Origin: Octopus vulgaris
Lineage: Eukaryota
Length of the DNA stretch: 64,000 nucleotides
Assembly: GCA_951406725.2 (NCBI GenBank)
Contig: OX597815.1
Location: 116,560,001 to 116,624,000 of the forward strand
Direction: 5' to 3'
Shown here: piece after piece, positions 12,993 through 25,490 of the stretch
Numbering within the stretch: position 1 is the first letter of the stretch
How the letters are laid out: each line of letters starts with the position of its first letter
Program-made: the position numbers and the translations under genes
The notes under the pieces: generated by a model
What the model was told of the DNA's origin: nothing
The model's database searches: none
What the model saw: only the letters and a program-made list of their open reading frames with translations

Positions 12993-13314
12993 CCCCTTCT
13001 CTGGCAACATTTTTGGAGAAAATGTTTCATTTTCAGACGAATTTTTTAATTGCTTTTTTTATAATTGAATATCTCATTGATGTATCCAAACTTCTAACAG
13101 AAAGTTCATACTCATTGTCATCTTCTGAGCTCGACATCTGGGCATTATTTGTAAAAAAAATCCAGAAAAAAAAACCAAGAAGTGCTGAGAATTGACATAT
13201 AAATTCATCTGTGGCTGTTTTTGAATTTATATGTTTTGGACAAATTTACCCATCACACTCTGAAAAAGTCAAATTAGGTGAAGACAAGTTAACTTGTCTT
13301 TGCTGGGTAAGGGG
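12993..13314 (-). mobile_element. Non-autonomous piggyBac-type element
   Basis: TTAA|CCCCTTCTCTGGCAA ... TTGCTGGGTAAGGGG|TTGA; subterminal 20-bp palindrome at 13281-13300; the minus strand has an acidic start MSSSEDDNEYE. Confidence 0.65.
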
Positions 13315-15099
13315 TTGAATATACTTTATTTGTAAATCTCGAAACAGGAACTTTACATTAAAATTCAATATCACCTTCACTAATTCATAACTAAAACCCT
13401 TATAAAATAATCAATAATCTAGTTTAAAACTCGTGATCTCAACTAGAGGCCTTGAATAAATAAAAAAATTGGTTTTAAATTTTGGCACAAGGCCAGCAAT
13501 TTTTGGGAGGGGTAAGTTGATTATGTCAGCCCATGCTGGTGACATGTAAAAAGTACCATTCGAGCATGGTAATTGCCAGTGCTGCCAGACTGACCCTCGT
13601 GCCAGTGGCACCCACTACACTCTTGGAGTTGTTAGCATTAGGAAGAACATCCAATTGTAGAAACCTTATCAGACCAGATTGGAGCCAGCCTAGTACAGTC
13701 TTCTGGCTTGCCAGTCCTCAGTCAAACTGTCCAACCCATGCTAGCATGGAAAGTGAACGTTAAACAACGACGATGATGATGATGATGATGACCCTGAAAG
13801 GATGAAAGGTAAAATTGACCTTGGTGAAATTTGAATTCAGAACATAAAGACAGACAAACTGTTGCCAAGCATTTTGCTTGGCATGCTAATGGTTTTTCCA
13901 CTTTGCTGCATCAAATAAATAAGAGATATTCACAGCGGGAGTGACATAGGAGAACTAAAGAAAAATATCTAATCAAATAATTTGCCTAATGTACTATGCA
14001 GTGGGATCAAACCCAGAACCATGTAGTTGGAAACCAAACTCCTTAATCACACACCTGTGCTTGCATTTGAATATCATATCCGTGTCCATTTAAGAGTGTA
14101 GGGCAGGCATGGCCAGCCTTCTTGGAGAAGTTGGCTGCATGAGAGATGGCTCATCATCAGGCAGGCTGCACTACTAAAAACAAATTCAAGGTGATTTTTC
14201 CATTGGGCATGCCATTCAAAAAGTCCAGCAGGTCACATGTCGTCTATAAGTGGTTGAGAGATTTAATGCTGCTAAGCAATTCCAGTAGTCCAAACCATTT
14301 CCATCACACAAATTTTGAAAGTATGCAGTAAAACCTCATTAATATGAAAATATAAGAAAACAAACCAAATCTTCCACAAAATGACAGAGACGTCACAGAA
14401 GACCGTGCAAGTTTTTCTGATATAAAGTAATTCTATTTTTCTTATTTAAGCACAGAGCCAGTAACTTTTGAGGGGGACATGATTAACTGATTACATCGAT
14501 CCCAGTACTTTACTTGTGCTTTGTTTCGTTTATCAGCCCTGGAGAAATGAAAGGCAAAGTTGATATTGACAGAATTTGAACTCAAACTGTAAGGAGTTGG
14601 AACAAATACTGCAAAGCAGTTTTGACAAGTTCTTGTCCAGTGGATGGCTTGACAGGGTCTGATGAGCTGCAAATCTACATCAGACTTTCGTATCAGCTTT
14701 GGTATGGCTTCTACAGTTGGATGTCCTTCTTAACAGTAACCACTTTACATAGTGTACTGGGTGCTTTCTTTTTGTGACACCAGCACAAATGAGGTCATTA
14801 TGTAACTTGCAAGACAAAGTGAAGAAAGGAAAAGGTAAAAGCATCCAGCCTTTCTTGATTCAGGAAGAGTGTATTTGAGAGAGGTGTGTTTATGCCTAAA
14901 GTATGACTAAAGTATGATAGAGGGACATGCACATATGTCATGCCATGGAGGAGATACATGGCTATTATGTGAGAATAGCCGAGAGACAAAGATGATGGTG
15001 TTAGGGTATACATATCGCCACCACCACCACCACCTTTTTTTTAACTTCTGCTTTTTCTTGCTTGCATGGATCAGATGTGCTTGCATGCAATTTTTCTCA

Positions 15100-15408
15100 A
15101 CCAACTTTTCTCATGTGGTTTATCAATATATGGAAGTTAAGACAGAAACAACCCCATTGTTTTGAATACATTTATAGGCACAACAGAATTGGGGTTTGCA
15201 TACACTGGAGCTTATATCAGCATTATGAAATACCAACAGAAAACAAATGGTATAGGCCTACACTGGATTGTGGTATGTCAATACACACAGAGGGGGAAAA
15301 CAAGGCTGGTTATTGTTGTCAATGACCACCAGAAAAAGAAAATGCCTTCTGATCAACATATCAGTTCCAATAGACAATAATGAATCTCTTGAAGAAATTG
15401 AGTAATTA
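15100..15408 (+). mobile_element. R4/Dong-type RLE LINE fragment
   Basis: EYIYRHNRIGVCIHWSLYQHYEI..KWY; VVNDHQKKKCLLINISVPIDNN. Same family as 24045-24620. Confidence 0.75.
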
Positions 15409-15638
15409 TTTAGCTCTTTAGAATTTAAACAGGCTACAGCCAGCATGAATTCTATACATGTTTCATGTTCAAACTGACCAGATCCAGCCTCTCACACCTA
15501 CCCTACAATGTCTTTCTAAAAGTAAACAGTGACATCACTGAAGTCTCAAAGCTACAAGACAATGGATGATTAATTTTTTTAAAAAATGTGGATAAATAAG
15601 CATTATATTTAACAGTAATCTGAATGCTAACAAATTAA
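15409..15638. mobile_element. Degraded TTAA-type MITE
   Basis: Ends resemble ttaaccctttagcatt...aatgctaaagggttaa (imperfect TIRs). Confidence 0.45.
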
Positions 15639-15659
15639 ATATAAAAATTTGGAAGTAGA

Positions 15660-16100
15660 GGTGGAGTGGTTAAGAAATTTGTTTAGTTACTCATGGTTTC
15701 ATGTTCAGTCCCAATGTATAGCATGTTGGGTGTTTTCTACTATAGCCTTGGGTTGACCAATGGCTTGTTAGAGAGTTTGGTAGACAGAACCTGTGTAGAG
15801 GCCCATTGTGTATATATATAAAATGTGCATGTGTATGTCTTTGTGTGTGTGTGTATGTGTGTCTTTGTGTGAGTGTGTGTGTGTGCATACACATGCACAT
15901 GCACATGTGTGTATATGCATGTGTGTGTGTATGCACATGTGTGTGTGTGTATGCATGTGTGTGTGTATGCATGTGTATGTGTATGTGTTTGTGTTTGTCT
16001 CCCCCACTGGGGTTGATATGTTTGACTAAACCCATCAAAGCTATGCACAAACATGGCTGCAGTCCAATGGCTGAGACATTTAAAAGGTAAAAGATAAATG
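15660..16100 (+). mobile_element. tRNA-derived SINE S1 with expanded internal (TG)n
   Basis: Head and tail match 21422-21833. Confidence 0.7.
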
Positions 16101-16538
16101 GAGTCTTGAAACAAAAATAATCCCACTAATAATAGGTGCCTTGGGAATGATTAAATAAACATGCAGCCAAATGCGTAACCAAAACGTCAAGCTTTAAAAA
16201 TGTGCAAATTGTTCAGGAAATAACATTTAGTAGGCATTAGAATAGAAAATGCAAACTCAAACAAAACACTGCACCTCCGCAAAACCCAAAGAGCTGTGTT
16301 TGGTAGTGTTATAAAAACATGCAATAAAAATAAGGCACCTGAATAATTGTTTCTAGCACAGAAATGAGTCTTCTTGAAATTCTGGAGTAGGGGAAGAAAG
16401 TGGGGTATCTAATATCGAGTATCAGTATTTGGCTGGTATTTTTTATTTTATCAGTCTTGAAAGTGACCTTCATAGGATTCGAACTCAGAGCATAAGCATA
16501 AACAGCTGGAGCAAATATCCAAGTTCTAAGAATTTTGC

Positions 16539-16596
<58 letters not shown>

Positions 16597-16675
16597 CCTT
16601 TCTGCTATAAATACAAGGCCTGAAATTTGTGGAGAGGGGATTAGTTGATCTCATCAACTCTGGTACTCAACTGGA

Positions 16676-16851
16676 GAAAGGCAAAGGCCAATGCAGCTTG
16701 GCACCAGTGATGAGCAATTCATTTCTACAGCTGAGTTAACTGGAGTAACGTGAAATAAAGTGTCTTGCTCAAGAACACTACATGCAGCCCAGTCCAGGAA
16801 TCAAACTCACAACCTCAAGATTGTAAGCTCAACGCTCTAACTACTGAGCCA
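16676..16851 (-). mobile_element. tRNA-derived SINE (family S4)
   Basis: Minus strand atggctcagtagttagagcg...gagtttgattcctgg...cttgagcaagacactttatttcac. Confidence 0.7.
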
Positions 16852-17099
16852 TAATAATAATAATAATAATTATAATAATAATAATAATAATAATAATAAT
16901 CTTTTCTGCAATAGGCATAAGGCTTGATTACATCGACTCCAGTACTCAAGTGATACTTATTTTAGTGACCCTGAAAGGATAAAAGGCGAAGTTGTCTTTT
17001 AGGGTCGGTAAAAAATAATTAACCAATTGAGCACTGGGTTTGAGAAAAGTCTAAACACATAAAAACCCTTACTAAAGATGAAGCCTTAAGTAATCTTAT

Positions 17100-18103
17100 C
17101 GGTAAACCACTCTATAGTAAATACCCAGAGAGATTTAACAATGTTGATGTTGATAATAAACACTTACCCATCACAGGTTAGCATCCTCTGGTTTAAAATC
17201 AGAGACAGAAGGGTTTATTGTAGCATTCTAGGATCAATACCTACCCACAAGAAGCTATAAGTCCAGCATTTTAAAAATGGCAGCAGCCCAACATGTCAAA
17301 TGTATAAAAATATGTTTGAGACCATTGATCATATTGTTTCTATGTGTAGCCTTCTTGCATTCACAGAGTTTCTCAACAGGAATGGTAAAGTTGCACAGTA
17401 TATCTAATGGATAATTTGCAAGGACCTGAACCTGAACTGTCATAGAAACTGGTGGAGACACAAACCCCTGGAAACAATTATATCTCACTCATGTAGAACT
17501 TTCCTACTCAAACTGTCATAATTATAGATGCAAATAGGCCAGAAATTATATTGAAGGATTTCAAGTGAAAATTATGTCTCCTCATCGATACAACTGTCCC
17601 AGTTGATGTAAATGCATCTGTCAAAACCTACCAAAAGTTGAACAGGTACAAAGATCTTGAAACAAATGGGCAAAATGTGGAAACTCATGACTAGAACAAT
17701 ACCTGTGGCTGGAGGTGCCTTAGGAATGACAGCAAAATGGGCTGATTATGGGAATCCAAAAATGGAAGAAATTCAGAAAATAATACTCCAGGGGACTACT
17801 CATAGCCTATGAAAAATACTGTCTATATAGCTCCATAACAATCTTTTTTCACATTTTACCAAAAAGCACATTTTCTACAACAATACTTCTTATGAACCCA
17901 AGATACACAAAACACAAATCCCTCTCACCAAACTACATCCCCCCCTCAACCCCCCCCCCCCAAAAAAAACAGGGCAGTTATCAACCATCCTAGTCATAAT
18001 GCCCGTTTGAACACATAATTTGCTGTCTCTTGAGGCTTCTGGGTGAGACATAGGCTCAGTTCATACAAAAACAAATCAAAACCCCTATGTTATAATAATA
18101 ATA
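17100..18103 (+). mobile_element. 5'-truncated R4/Dong-type LINE with (TAA)n tail
   Basis: GLKSETEGFIVA..DQYLPTR; degenerate CCHC knuckle (ETIDHIVSMC); DANRPEIILKD..CLLIDTTVPVD; GALG. Stop near 17830, then a 3' UTR hairpin gtctc..gagac and TAA repeats. Confidence 0.9.
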
Positions 18104-18500
18104 AACACTCTAACATAACTAATACTCAAAAATATAGCACCAACAGCTCACACAACATTCATTCAACACAGCTGCAACCCATTAACACCATACAAACCAC
18201 ACATCACATACAGTACACAGTCACTGTCTGACAGTGAAACACATAGCACCAGTCACACAGCACATATGAACCTTATTCATTACTCAACCAAATAACACAA
18301 CAGACATTGCACATACTTTACACAACAGAGAAAACACTAAAATAGCACAAGAACCAACAAGCCAAATTTTTATATCAAAGCAGAACTGATGCAGTATACA
18401 AACACAGGTCTACATTCCAAAAAAACACAATGCTGCACATATCCGTCAAGAACAAAGAGAAACACCTGGTGATGCTGTAGAAACTAGTATGAAACTATCA

Positions 18501-18563
<63 letters not shown>

Positions 18564-18621
18564 TATTATAATAATAATAATAATAATGATGATTATAATA
18601 ATAATAATAATAATGATGATG

Positions 18622-18706
<85 letters not shown>

Positions 18707-18713
18707 TAATAAT

Positions 18714-18781
<68 letters not shown>

Positions 18782-18878
18782 CACCAGCATGAACTTCCAA
18801 CTTGTTGTCTCTTGAGGTCTCTGGGTGAGACTTGGAGCCAGCTTGTGCAAATGTAAAGCAAAAGTCAAACAGAATAAT

Positions 18879-18954
<76 letters not shown>

Positions 18955-19007
18955 GCGATGATGATTATAATTATAACAATAAAGATTATAATTGTAATAA
19001 TAATAAT
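18501..19007. repeat. Long (TAA)n / (CAA)n microsatellite
   Basis: Directly visible; explains the poly-N, poly-I and poly-Y ORFs. Confidence 0.95.
18781..18872 (+). mobile_element. 3' UTR stub of a Dong-type LINE inside (TAA)n
   Basis: Matches 18020-18090 (tgtctcttgagg..ctgggtgagac) and is flanked by TAA repeats on both sides. Confidence 0.8.
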
Positions 19008-19194
19008 TTTCAAATTTTGGCACAAGGCTTAGTATTTTTAGGAGAGGGGGCATGTCAATTAATGGTATTTCATTTTATCAACTCCAGAAAGATGAAAGGC
19101 AAAGTTGATGCCAACAGATTTTGAACTCAGAACATAATGAGTTGGAAGAAATACCATTTGGCGTCGGAAGGAATAATAATAATTGTAACTCTTT

Positions 19195-19426
19195 CAACTA
19201 AATGCACAAGGCCTGAAATTTTGTGGAGAGGGGGCTATTTGATCACATCAATCCCAGTGTGCAACTGGTGCTTATTTCATTGACCCCAAAAGGATGAAGG
19301 GCAAAGTTAGCATCAGTGGGATTTGAAATCAGAACATAAAGACAGACAAAATGCCAGAACATAGACTGACAAAATGCCACTAAACATTTTGTCCTGCATT
19401 CTAATCCCTCTGCCAGCTTGCTGCCT
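19195..19426 (-). mobile_element. tRNA-derived SINE S3 (Nin/Deu-like core gcctttcatcctttcggggtcgataaa)
   Basis: Minus strand ggcagcaagctggcaga...ttctgatttcaaatccc...gcccttcatccttttggggtcaatgaaataag. Related copies at 13790-13910, 14440-14620, 25010-25200, 25277-25490 and 44614-44833. Confidence 0.7.
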
Positions 19427-19678
19427 TAATAATAATACTGATTTATTTGATATAAGGCACAAATGTTGTTGTGTGGTAAGAAGCTTGCTTTCCAACCACA
19501 TGGTGCCAAGTTTAGTCCCACTGCATGGCACCTTGAGCAAGTTTCTTCAATTATAGTATTGGGCAAACTAAAGCCTTGCGAGTGAACTTGTGAATAGACA
19601 GACACTGAGAGAAGCCCATTATATGTGTGTGTGTGTGTGTTTGTCTTTGACCACCACTTGCCAAGTGGTGGTCGAAGA

Positions 19679-19720
<42 letters not shown>

Positions 19721-19723
19721 ATT

Positions 19724-19950
19724 AAGCCTAATTTCTCAAGATTGTTATTTAGCAATTCAATAAATCAGTATTCGATTCATAACTCCAAGAGAAATGAGTT
19801 TTGTAACTACAGTTTCTTCTACAACCACAGCTAGAAAGAATCGGTTTACCAGTTGAGTTGCTGTTTTCTTTCTTTTCCTCTGTTGTATTGTTGATGCTGT
19901 GTCCAGCCATTTATTGAATTGCTAAATAACAATCTTGAGAAATTAGGCTT
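19724..19950. repeat. Perfect 42-bp inverted repeat with a 143-bp spacer
   Basis: 19724-19765 is the exact reverse complement of 19909-19950. Confidence 0.9.
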
Positions 19951-20234
19951 CTCAAAACCAGAAAGGAGAAAACTCATTTGAAGACTATAGATCCAAGCCA
20001 TCACTGGAATGGTAAAAATCTGTAAAACTTTCCAGAAGTTTATCATTTAAGTATACACGAGCATGTCTAGATATGCAAGTATATGCACGAGAAGACATAC
20101 ATGAAACAAAACATACAAAAATACCCTGTTGATGTTTAAATTCCAATGAAGGAGCCTTAGGTCTAGGTTAGAAACTGGTTCTTTCTCTATTGGTAAGAAA
20201 TCTTGAAATAAGACTGAATAATGACATACATACA
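19909..20234 (+). mobile_element. 3' end of the CATA-associated RLE LINE
   Basis: NLEKLGFSKPERRKLI..L.IQAITG.VKICKTFQKFII*, followed by a 3' UTR ending actgaataatgacatacataca. Matches 30250-30600. Confidence 0.85.
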
Positions 20235-20239
20235 TTGTT

Positions 20240-20595
20240 GTAGCTGATGCCAGTCCCTCTGGACTGGCTCCTGTGCCAGTGGCATGTAAAATGCACCATA
20301 TGAACGTGGTCGATGCCAGTGCTGCCTGACTGGCTTCTGTGCCAGTGGCACATAAAAAGCACCATTCACGCATGGTTGTTGCCACTGCCACCTGACTGGA
20401 CACCGTGCCAGTGGTGCGTAAAAAGCACTCACTACACTCTTGGAGTGGTTGGCTTTAGGAAGGGCATCCAGCTGTAGAAACCTTGCCAGATCAGATTGGA
20501 GCCTATTGTGGTCTCCTGGCTAGCCAGTCCCCAGTCAAACTGTCCAACCTATGCCAGCAAGGAAAACAGACGTTAAACGATGATGATGATGATGA
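20240..20595 (+). mobile_element. RTE 3' end / RTE-tailed SINE with internal tandem units
   Basis: Same module as 9908-10342, with a (GAT)n tail. Confidence 0.8.
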
Positions 20596-20631
20596 TACGT
20601 ACACACATACATACATACATACATACATACA

Positions 20632-20662
<31 letters not shown>

Positions 20663-21421
20663 GTATGTACATGACAGGCTTCTTTCAGTTTTTGTCTATC
20701 AGATCCATTCACAAGGCTTTGGTGAGCCTGGGGCTCTAGTAGAAGATGCTTGCCTCAATTCCCAGGCAGTGGGACGGAACCTAAAATGATGTGACTGTGT
20801 GTTTGGGAAGCAAACTTCGTAACTACACAGCTATGTCTGCACCTAACAATAAAAATACACAGACACAATAAAAATGGACACTTACATCAATATAACTCAT
20901 CATCATCATCATCATCATCATCATTTAAAGTCCGTTTTCCATGCTGGCATGGGTTGGACATCAGTGAAAGAAAATTATATATGTAGCAGCCACTGTAATT
21001 ACAAAGATTAGGAGAATATTCCTAGGGAACTGCTTCTCTCCACTCCCTTTTTATCTAGTCCTATTACATTTAACCAGCATGTTAAACTAGCCTGGAGTTG
21101 GATACAAATGCTTTGGGAGGATAATCAGCTATCTTTTGTAAAGGTCACATTCAACTGTTTTACAGGTAATAAACAAATAGAAACACTGCAGTAAGCAGTA
21201 CACAGATATAGCAATGGAATTAATATGAATATTGATTTGGATATACAAGCCTAGGAAACCTTTAAGGGAGTAAAATTAATTAAGAACATTAATACTATGC
21301 TAAATAATGTAACAGAAATAAATGAATTAGGCTAAACACAGACTTATTAGTACTTAGGAATCGATGAGCTAGACAGAGTAAATGCACTCAATTGAAAGAA
21401 AAGGTTATAAAGAAATGTTAT

Positions 21422-21833
21422 AGGCGCAGGAGTGGCTGTGTGGTAAGTAGCTTGCTAACCAACCACATGGTTCCGGGTTCAGTCCCACTGCATGGCATCT
21501 TGGGCAAGTGTCTTCTGCTATAGCCTCAGGCCGACCAAAGCCTTGTGAGTGGATTTGGTAGACGGAAACTGAAAGAAGCCTGTCGTATATATGTAATATA
21601 TATGTGTATGTGTGTGTATATGTTCGTGTGTCTGTGTTTGTCCCCCTAGCATTGCTTGACAACTGATGCTGGTGTGTTTACGTCCCCGTCACTTAGCGGT
21701 TCGTCAAAAGAGGCCGATAGAATAAGTACTGGGCTTACAAAGAATAAGTCCCGGGGTCGAGTTGCTCGATTAAAGGCGGTGCTCCAGCATGGCCGCAGTC
21801 AAATGACTGAAACAAGTAAAAGAGTAAAGAGTA
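21422..21833 (+). mobile_element. Full-length tRNA-derived SINE S1 (octopus OK/OR-like), ~410 bp
   Basis: A-box-like tggctgtgtggtaag, B-box-like gggttcagtccc, internal TA/TG tract, tail gaaacaagtaaaagagtaaagagt. CpG-rich. Many partial copies in the window. Confidence 0.85.
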
Positions 21834-22737
21834 TGCTTTAGGTTAATAATTAAAATAGAGCTAAATGCAAAAAAAAAAAAAAGAAAAAAGACAATATAAT
21901 AGGCATCAGTACTTTAGCTGACTTAGTAATGAATTATAGTGATAATATTCTCAACTGGATGCTAAACACAAAAACAAGAAAACTAACAATTGCATTTTGA
22001 ATTTGCTTTTTACCAAAAATCTAACATAGAAAGATCATTTTTTTGTCACTTGAATGGTTGTGTGGTTAAGAAGGTTACTTTCCAATCACATGGTTCAGGC
22101 CAAATGGCTGCTTCCCAGCTACCTGGTTTTGAGTTTAGACCCATAGCATGGCACCTTGTACAAGTGTCTTGTACTAAAGCCCTGGGCCAACTGAAGCCTT
22201 GTGGAAGGAATTTAGTGAACTGAATAAGTACCAGATTTAACATAAGTACTGGTGTTTGATTTATTTGGCTAAACACTTAAAGGCCCAATATGACCACAAT
22301 CCATTGACTAAAATGAGTGAGAAATAAAAGAGAAATAGTGGGAGGATTGCAACTAGAAAACTATACTAAAATATTCACTACAGGACGAAAAAATATGTGT
22401 AAATAACAATGGAAAACTAATACTGATATTTACAAAGCATGAAAAAAAACAAAACTGTTTTCTCTTTTCAAGGAAGCCAATAAATGCAAAACAGATACTC
22501 TTGGGGAGAAAAGAGAAATAACACCAAGAATTATAAAAAGCTAAAAACTAAGATAAAAATAAAATTACATAATGCCATACAAAGGAAATGGTAAAAAAAA
22601 AAAAAGCCCCTGCATGGCTAATACTTAAAAATAGCTGAACAGGGAGAGAATAGACAAAGAAAATTGCAACACTGGCTAAGAAGCATAGGACTTAAAGAAG
22701 AAACTGATCCAGAAGCCACAAAAAAGTATATGAATAT

Positions 22738-24043
22738 AGGAGTGGCTGTGTCGAGGTGCAGGAGTGGCTGTGAAGGAGCAGGAGTGGCTGTGTGGAAGTG
22801 CAGGAGTGGTTGTGTGGAGGTGCAGGAGTGGTTGTGTGAAGGTGCAGGAGTGGCTGTGTGGAGGTGCAGGAGTGGCTTTGTGGTAAGAAGCTTGCTTCCC
22901 AACTACATGGTTCTGAGTCCAGTCCCACTGCATGGCACCTCGGGCAAGTGTCTTCTACTATAGCCTCAGGCCGACCAAAGCCTTGTGAGTGGATTTAGTA
23001 GGCAGAGACTGAAAGAAACCCATCGTATATATATATATATATATATATAAATATATATCATCATCATCATCATCATTTAATGTTCATTTTCCATGCTAGC
23101 ATGGGTTGGACAATTTGACTGGGGCATGGGAAGCCAGGAGGCTGCACCAGGCTCCAGTCTGATCTGGATGCTCTTCCTATCGCCAACTACTCCATGAGTG
23201 TAGTGGGAGCTTTTTACATGCCACCGGCACAGGGGCCAGAGGAGGCTGATGTGCATGCACAACAGAGTGTAAGCACCCTTATGTTGGACATAAGAAGCAT
23301 CAGATGTGGCGTGCAGGAGAGACGTTTGCATTGGTATGGTCATGTACTATGGATGGATGAGGAGAGAAGTGTCACTCCCAAACAGTTGAAGGAATCCAGG
23401 GTAGAGGTAGACCCAGAAAGACATGGGATGAGGTGGTCAAGCATGATTTTCGAACGTTGGGCCTAACAGAAGCAATGACGAAAGGCCGAGACCTCTGAAG
23501 ATATGCTGTGACTGCAAAGACCCGACAAATGGCTTGCAGGACGGCCTGCTGTGCTTACCTTGGATCATAGGGTGACCTGCTGTGCTTGAGGAGACCTATT
23601 GAGTCAAGTACATCAACTTCAAAATAAAAATTAAATGGAAATTGTAGTTGTGATACCTGTGCCAGCGGCATGTAAAAAGCACCATCTGAACGTGGCCATT
23701 GCCAGTACCGCCTTGACTAGCATCCGTTCCGGTGGCACATAAAAAGCACCAACCAATCGTGGTAATTGCCAGCCTCTTCTGGCCCCTGTGCCGGTGGCAC
23801 ATATTATATATATGTATGTGTGTATATATTTGTGTGTGTGACTGTGTTTGTCCCCCCACCATCGCTTGACAACCGATACTGGTTTGTTTACATCCCGGTA
23901 ACTTAGCAGTTTGGCAAAAACGACTAATAGAATAAGTACTAGGCTTACAAAGAATAAGTCCTGGGGTCGATTTGTCCAACTAAAGCCAGTGCTCCAGCAT
24001 GGCCACAGTCAAATGACTGAAACAAGTAAAAGAATAAAAGAAT
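22738..24043 (+). mobile_element. SINE S1 with reiterated 5' head, split by an RTE insertion
   Basis: About 7 copies of (aggtgc)aggagtggctgtgtg(g) at 22738-22883; head continues to 23030; tail resumes at 23801-24043. Confidence 0.8.
23058..23800 (-). mobile_element. RTE-clade LINE 3' insertion with an inverted 5' part
   Basis: (GAT)n-tailed 3' end on the minus strand at 23058-23248. The plus strand at 23250-23530 encodes RRLHWYGHV..MDE..GRGRPRKTWDEVVKHD..LGLTEAMT (RTE C-terminus), followed by 3' UTR to 23800. Confidence 0.85.
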
Positions 24044-24737
24044 ATGGAGTAGAATCTATTAAGTAACTGCAGAATGTGGAGGCTGAGAACGAACAAAGCA
24101 CTACAGTTTTTTAAGTGCCTAGTTTTAGCCAAGAAAGAATAGATCTACAATCAAGAAAAGATTGGGACTTCTACTCTGAAAGTTACATTAGCATTGTGAG
24201 ATACCCGCAAAAAAGAGGTAATATAAACAAATAGCAAGTGAAAGGGTCTCAGAAACTGGCAAAGCAGCCTTAATTCGAGATGACTCCATACTTATAAATA
24301 CCGGTAGATCAGGGCTAATTGGCTGAATATTGTTGTCAAAGACCACCAGGAAAAAGAAAGTGTCTTCTAATCAAAGTATCAGTTCCAATAGATGATGATA
24401 ATGTATCTGTCAAAGAAACTGAGTAATTATCTAAATATAAAGATCTGGAAATAGCGATAACTGGAATGTTGGGATTTATAAGAAAAACAATCCTTATAAT
24501 AATAATAATAGGTACCTTGGGAATGTTTAAACAACATATAGATAAAAAAGGACTTACAAATGTGCATGGCATAGAGAAAATAGCATTAGTAGACATTGCA
24601 CACATATTACACATTGTGCAGAACACTGCCAATACAAGAGAAAACACAAAAACCTAAAGAAAACACTGCTGATACCCAAGGCCCACAGAATTGTGTGCTT
24701 GGTAATGTAGTCAAAACGTGCAATAAAAATAAGACTA

Positions 24738-24816
<79 letters not shown>

Positions 24817-25220
24817 GTAGTAGGAGTAGTGATAGTAGTTGTAATAATAGTAAATAATAACAACAAAAATGATGGTTTCAAATTTGGCACAAAGCCAGCA
24901 ATAATTATAATAATAATAGTAATTCTTTATCATCTTTTCTTCTTTTCCCTGCTTTCATTATTTATTTATTCATTGTTGTTGTTGTTGTTGTTGTTGTTAC
25001 TATTATTAAGATGATGAGCTTGCAGAATTGTTAGCACACTAGAAAAAAATGCTTAGTGGCATTTCCTACATTTTTACCTTCTTAGTTCAAATTCTGCTGA
25101 GGTTCATCCTTTTGGGGTTGATAAGTACAAGTGAAACATTCATATCAATGTAATTGACTTACCCCTCCTCCAAAATTGCTGTCAAAATTTGAAACCATTA
25201 TTATCATTATTATAATCATA

Positions 25221-25279
<59 letters not shown>

Positions 25280-25490
25280 AGTGACAAGTTGGAAGAATCA
25301 TTAGCACACTGAATGAAATGCTTGACAGTATTTTGTTTGTTGCTCCGTTCTGAGTTCAAATTCCACTGAGGTCGACTTTGCCTTTCATCCTCTTGGGGTC
25401 AATAAAATAAGTACCCTTTGAAGGCTGTGGTCAATGTAATCAACTTGTCTCCTCCTCACTAAAATTGTTGCCCTTGTAAAATTTGAAACC

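Larger units (their letters stand above)
20990..24812 (+). mobile_element. Long degraded R4/Dong-type LINE (RT to RLE) broken by younger insertions; (TAA)n tail
   Basis: RT pieces (IF.G..SPL; GYKCFG; Y.YLGIDE; KEKV; ELNAK; ILNW) at 20990-22050; KPLHG..WLRSIGLK at 22330-22710; KCLLIKVSVPIDD..LSKYKDLEI..GTLG at 24045-24620; TAA tract at 24741-24812. Confidence 0.85.

Noticed and set aside
18484-19124. Poly-N, poly-Y and poly-I ORFs
   Set aside because: Artefacts of the (TAA)n tract.
20143-20193. Possible hammerhead in the CATA-LINE 3' UTR (tgaagga...gaaactggtt)
   Set aside because: The core does not fit N3-UGA-N-N8-A with a 3-8 pair; it is better explained as a simple stem-loop (ccaat..gaaggagc / gttctttc..attgg).
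21422-21500. tRNA gene
   Set aside because: A/B-box-like motifs belong to SINE heads that continue into SINE bodies; no full cloverleaf. The same applies at 4613, 16851, 37445 and 56389.
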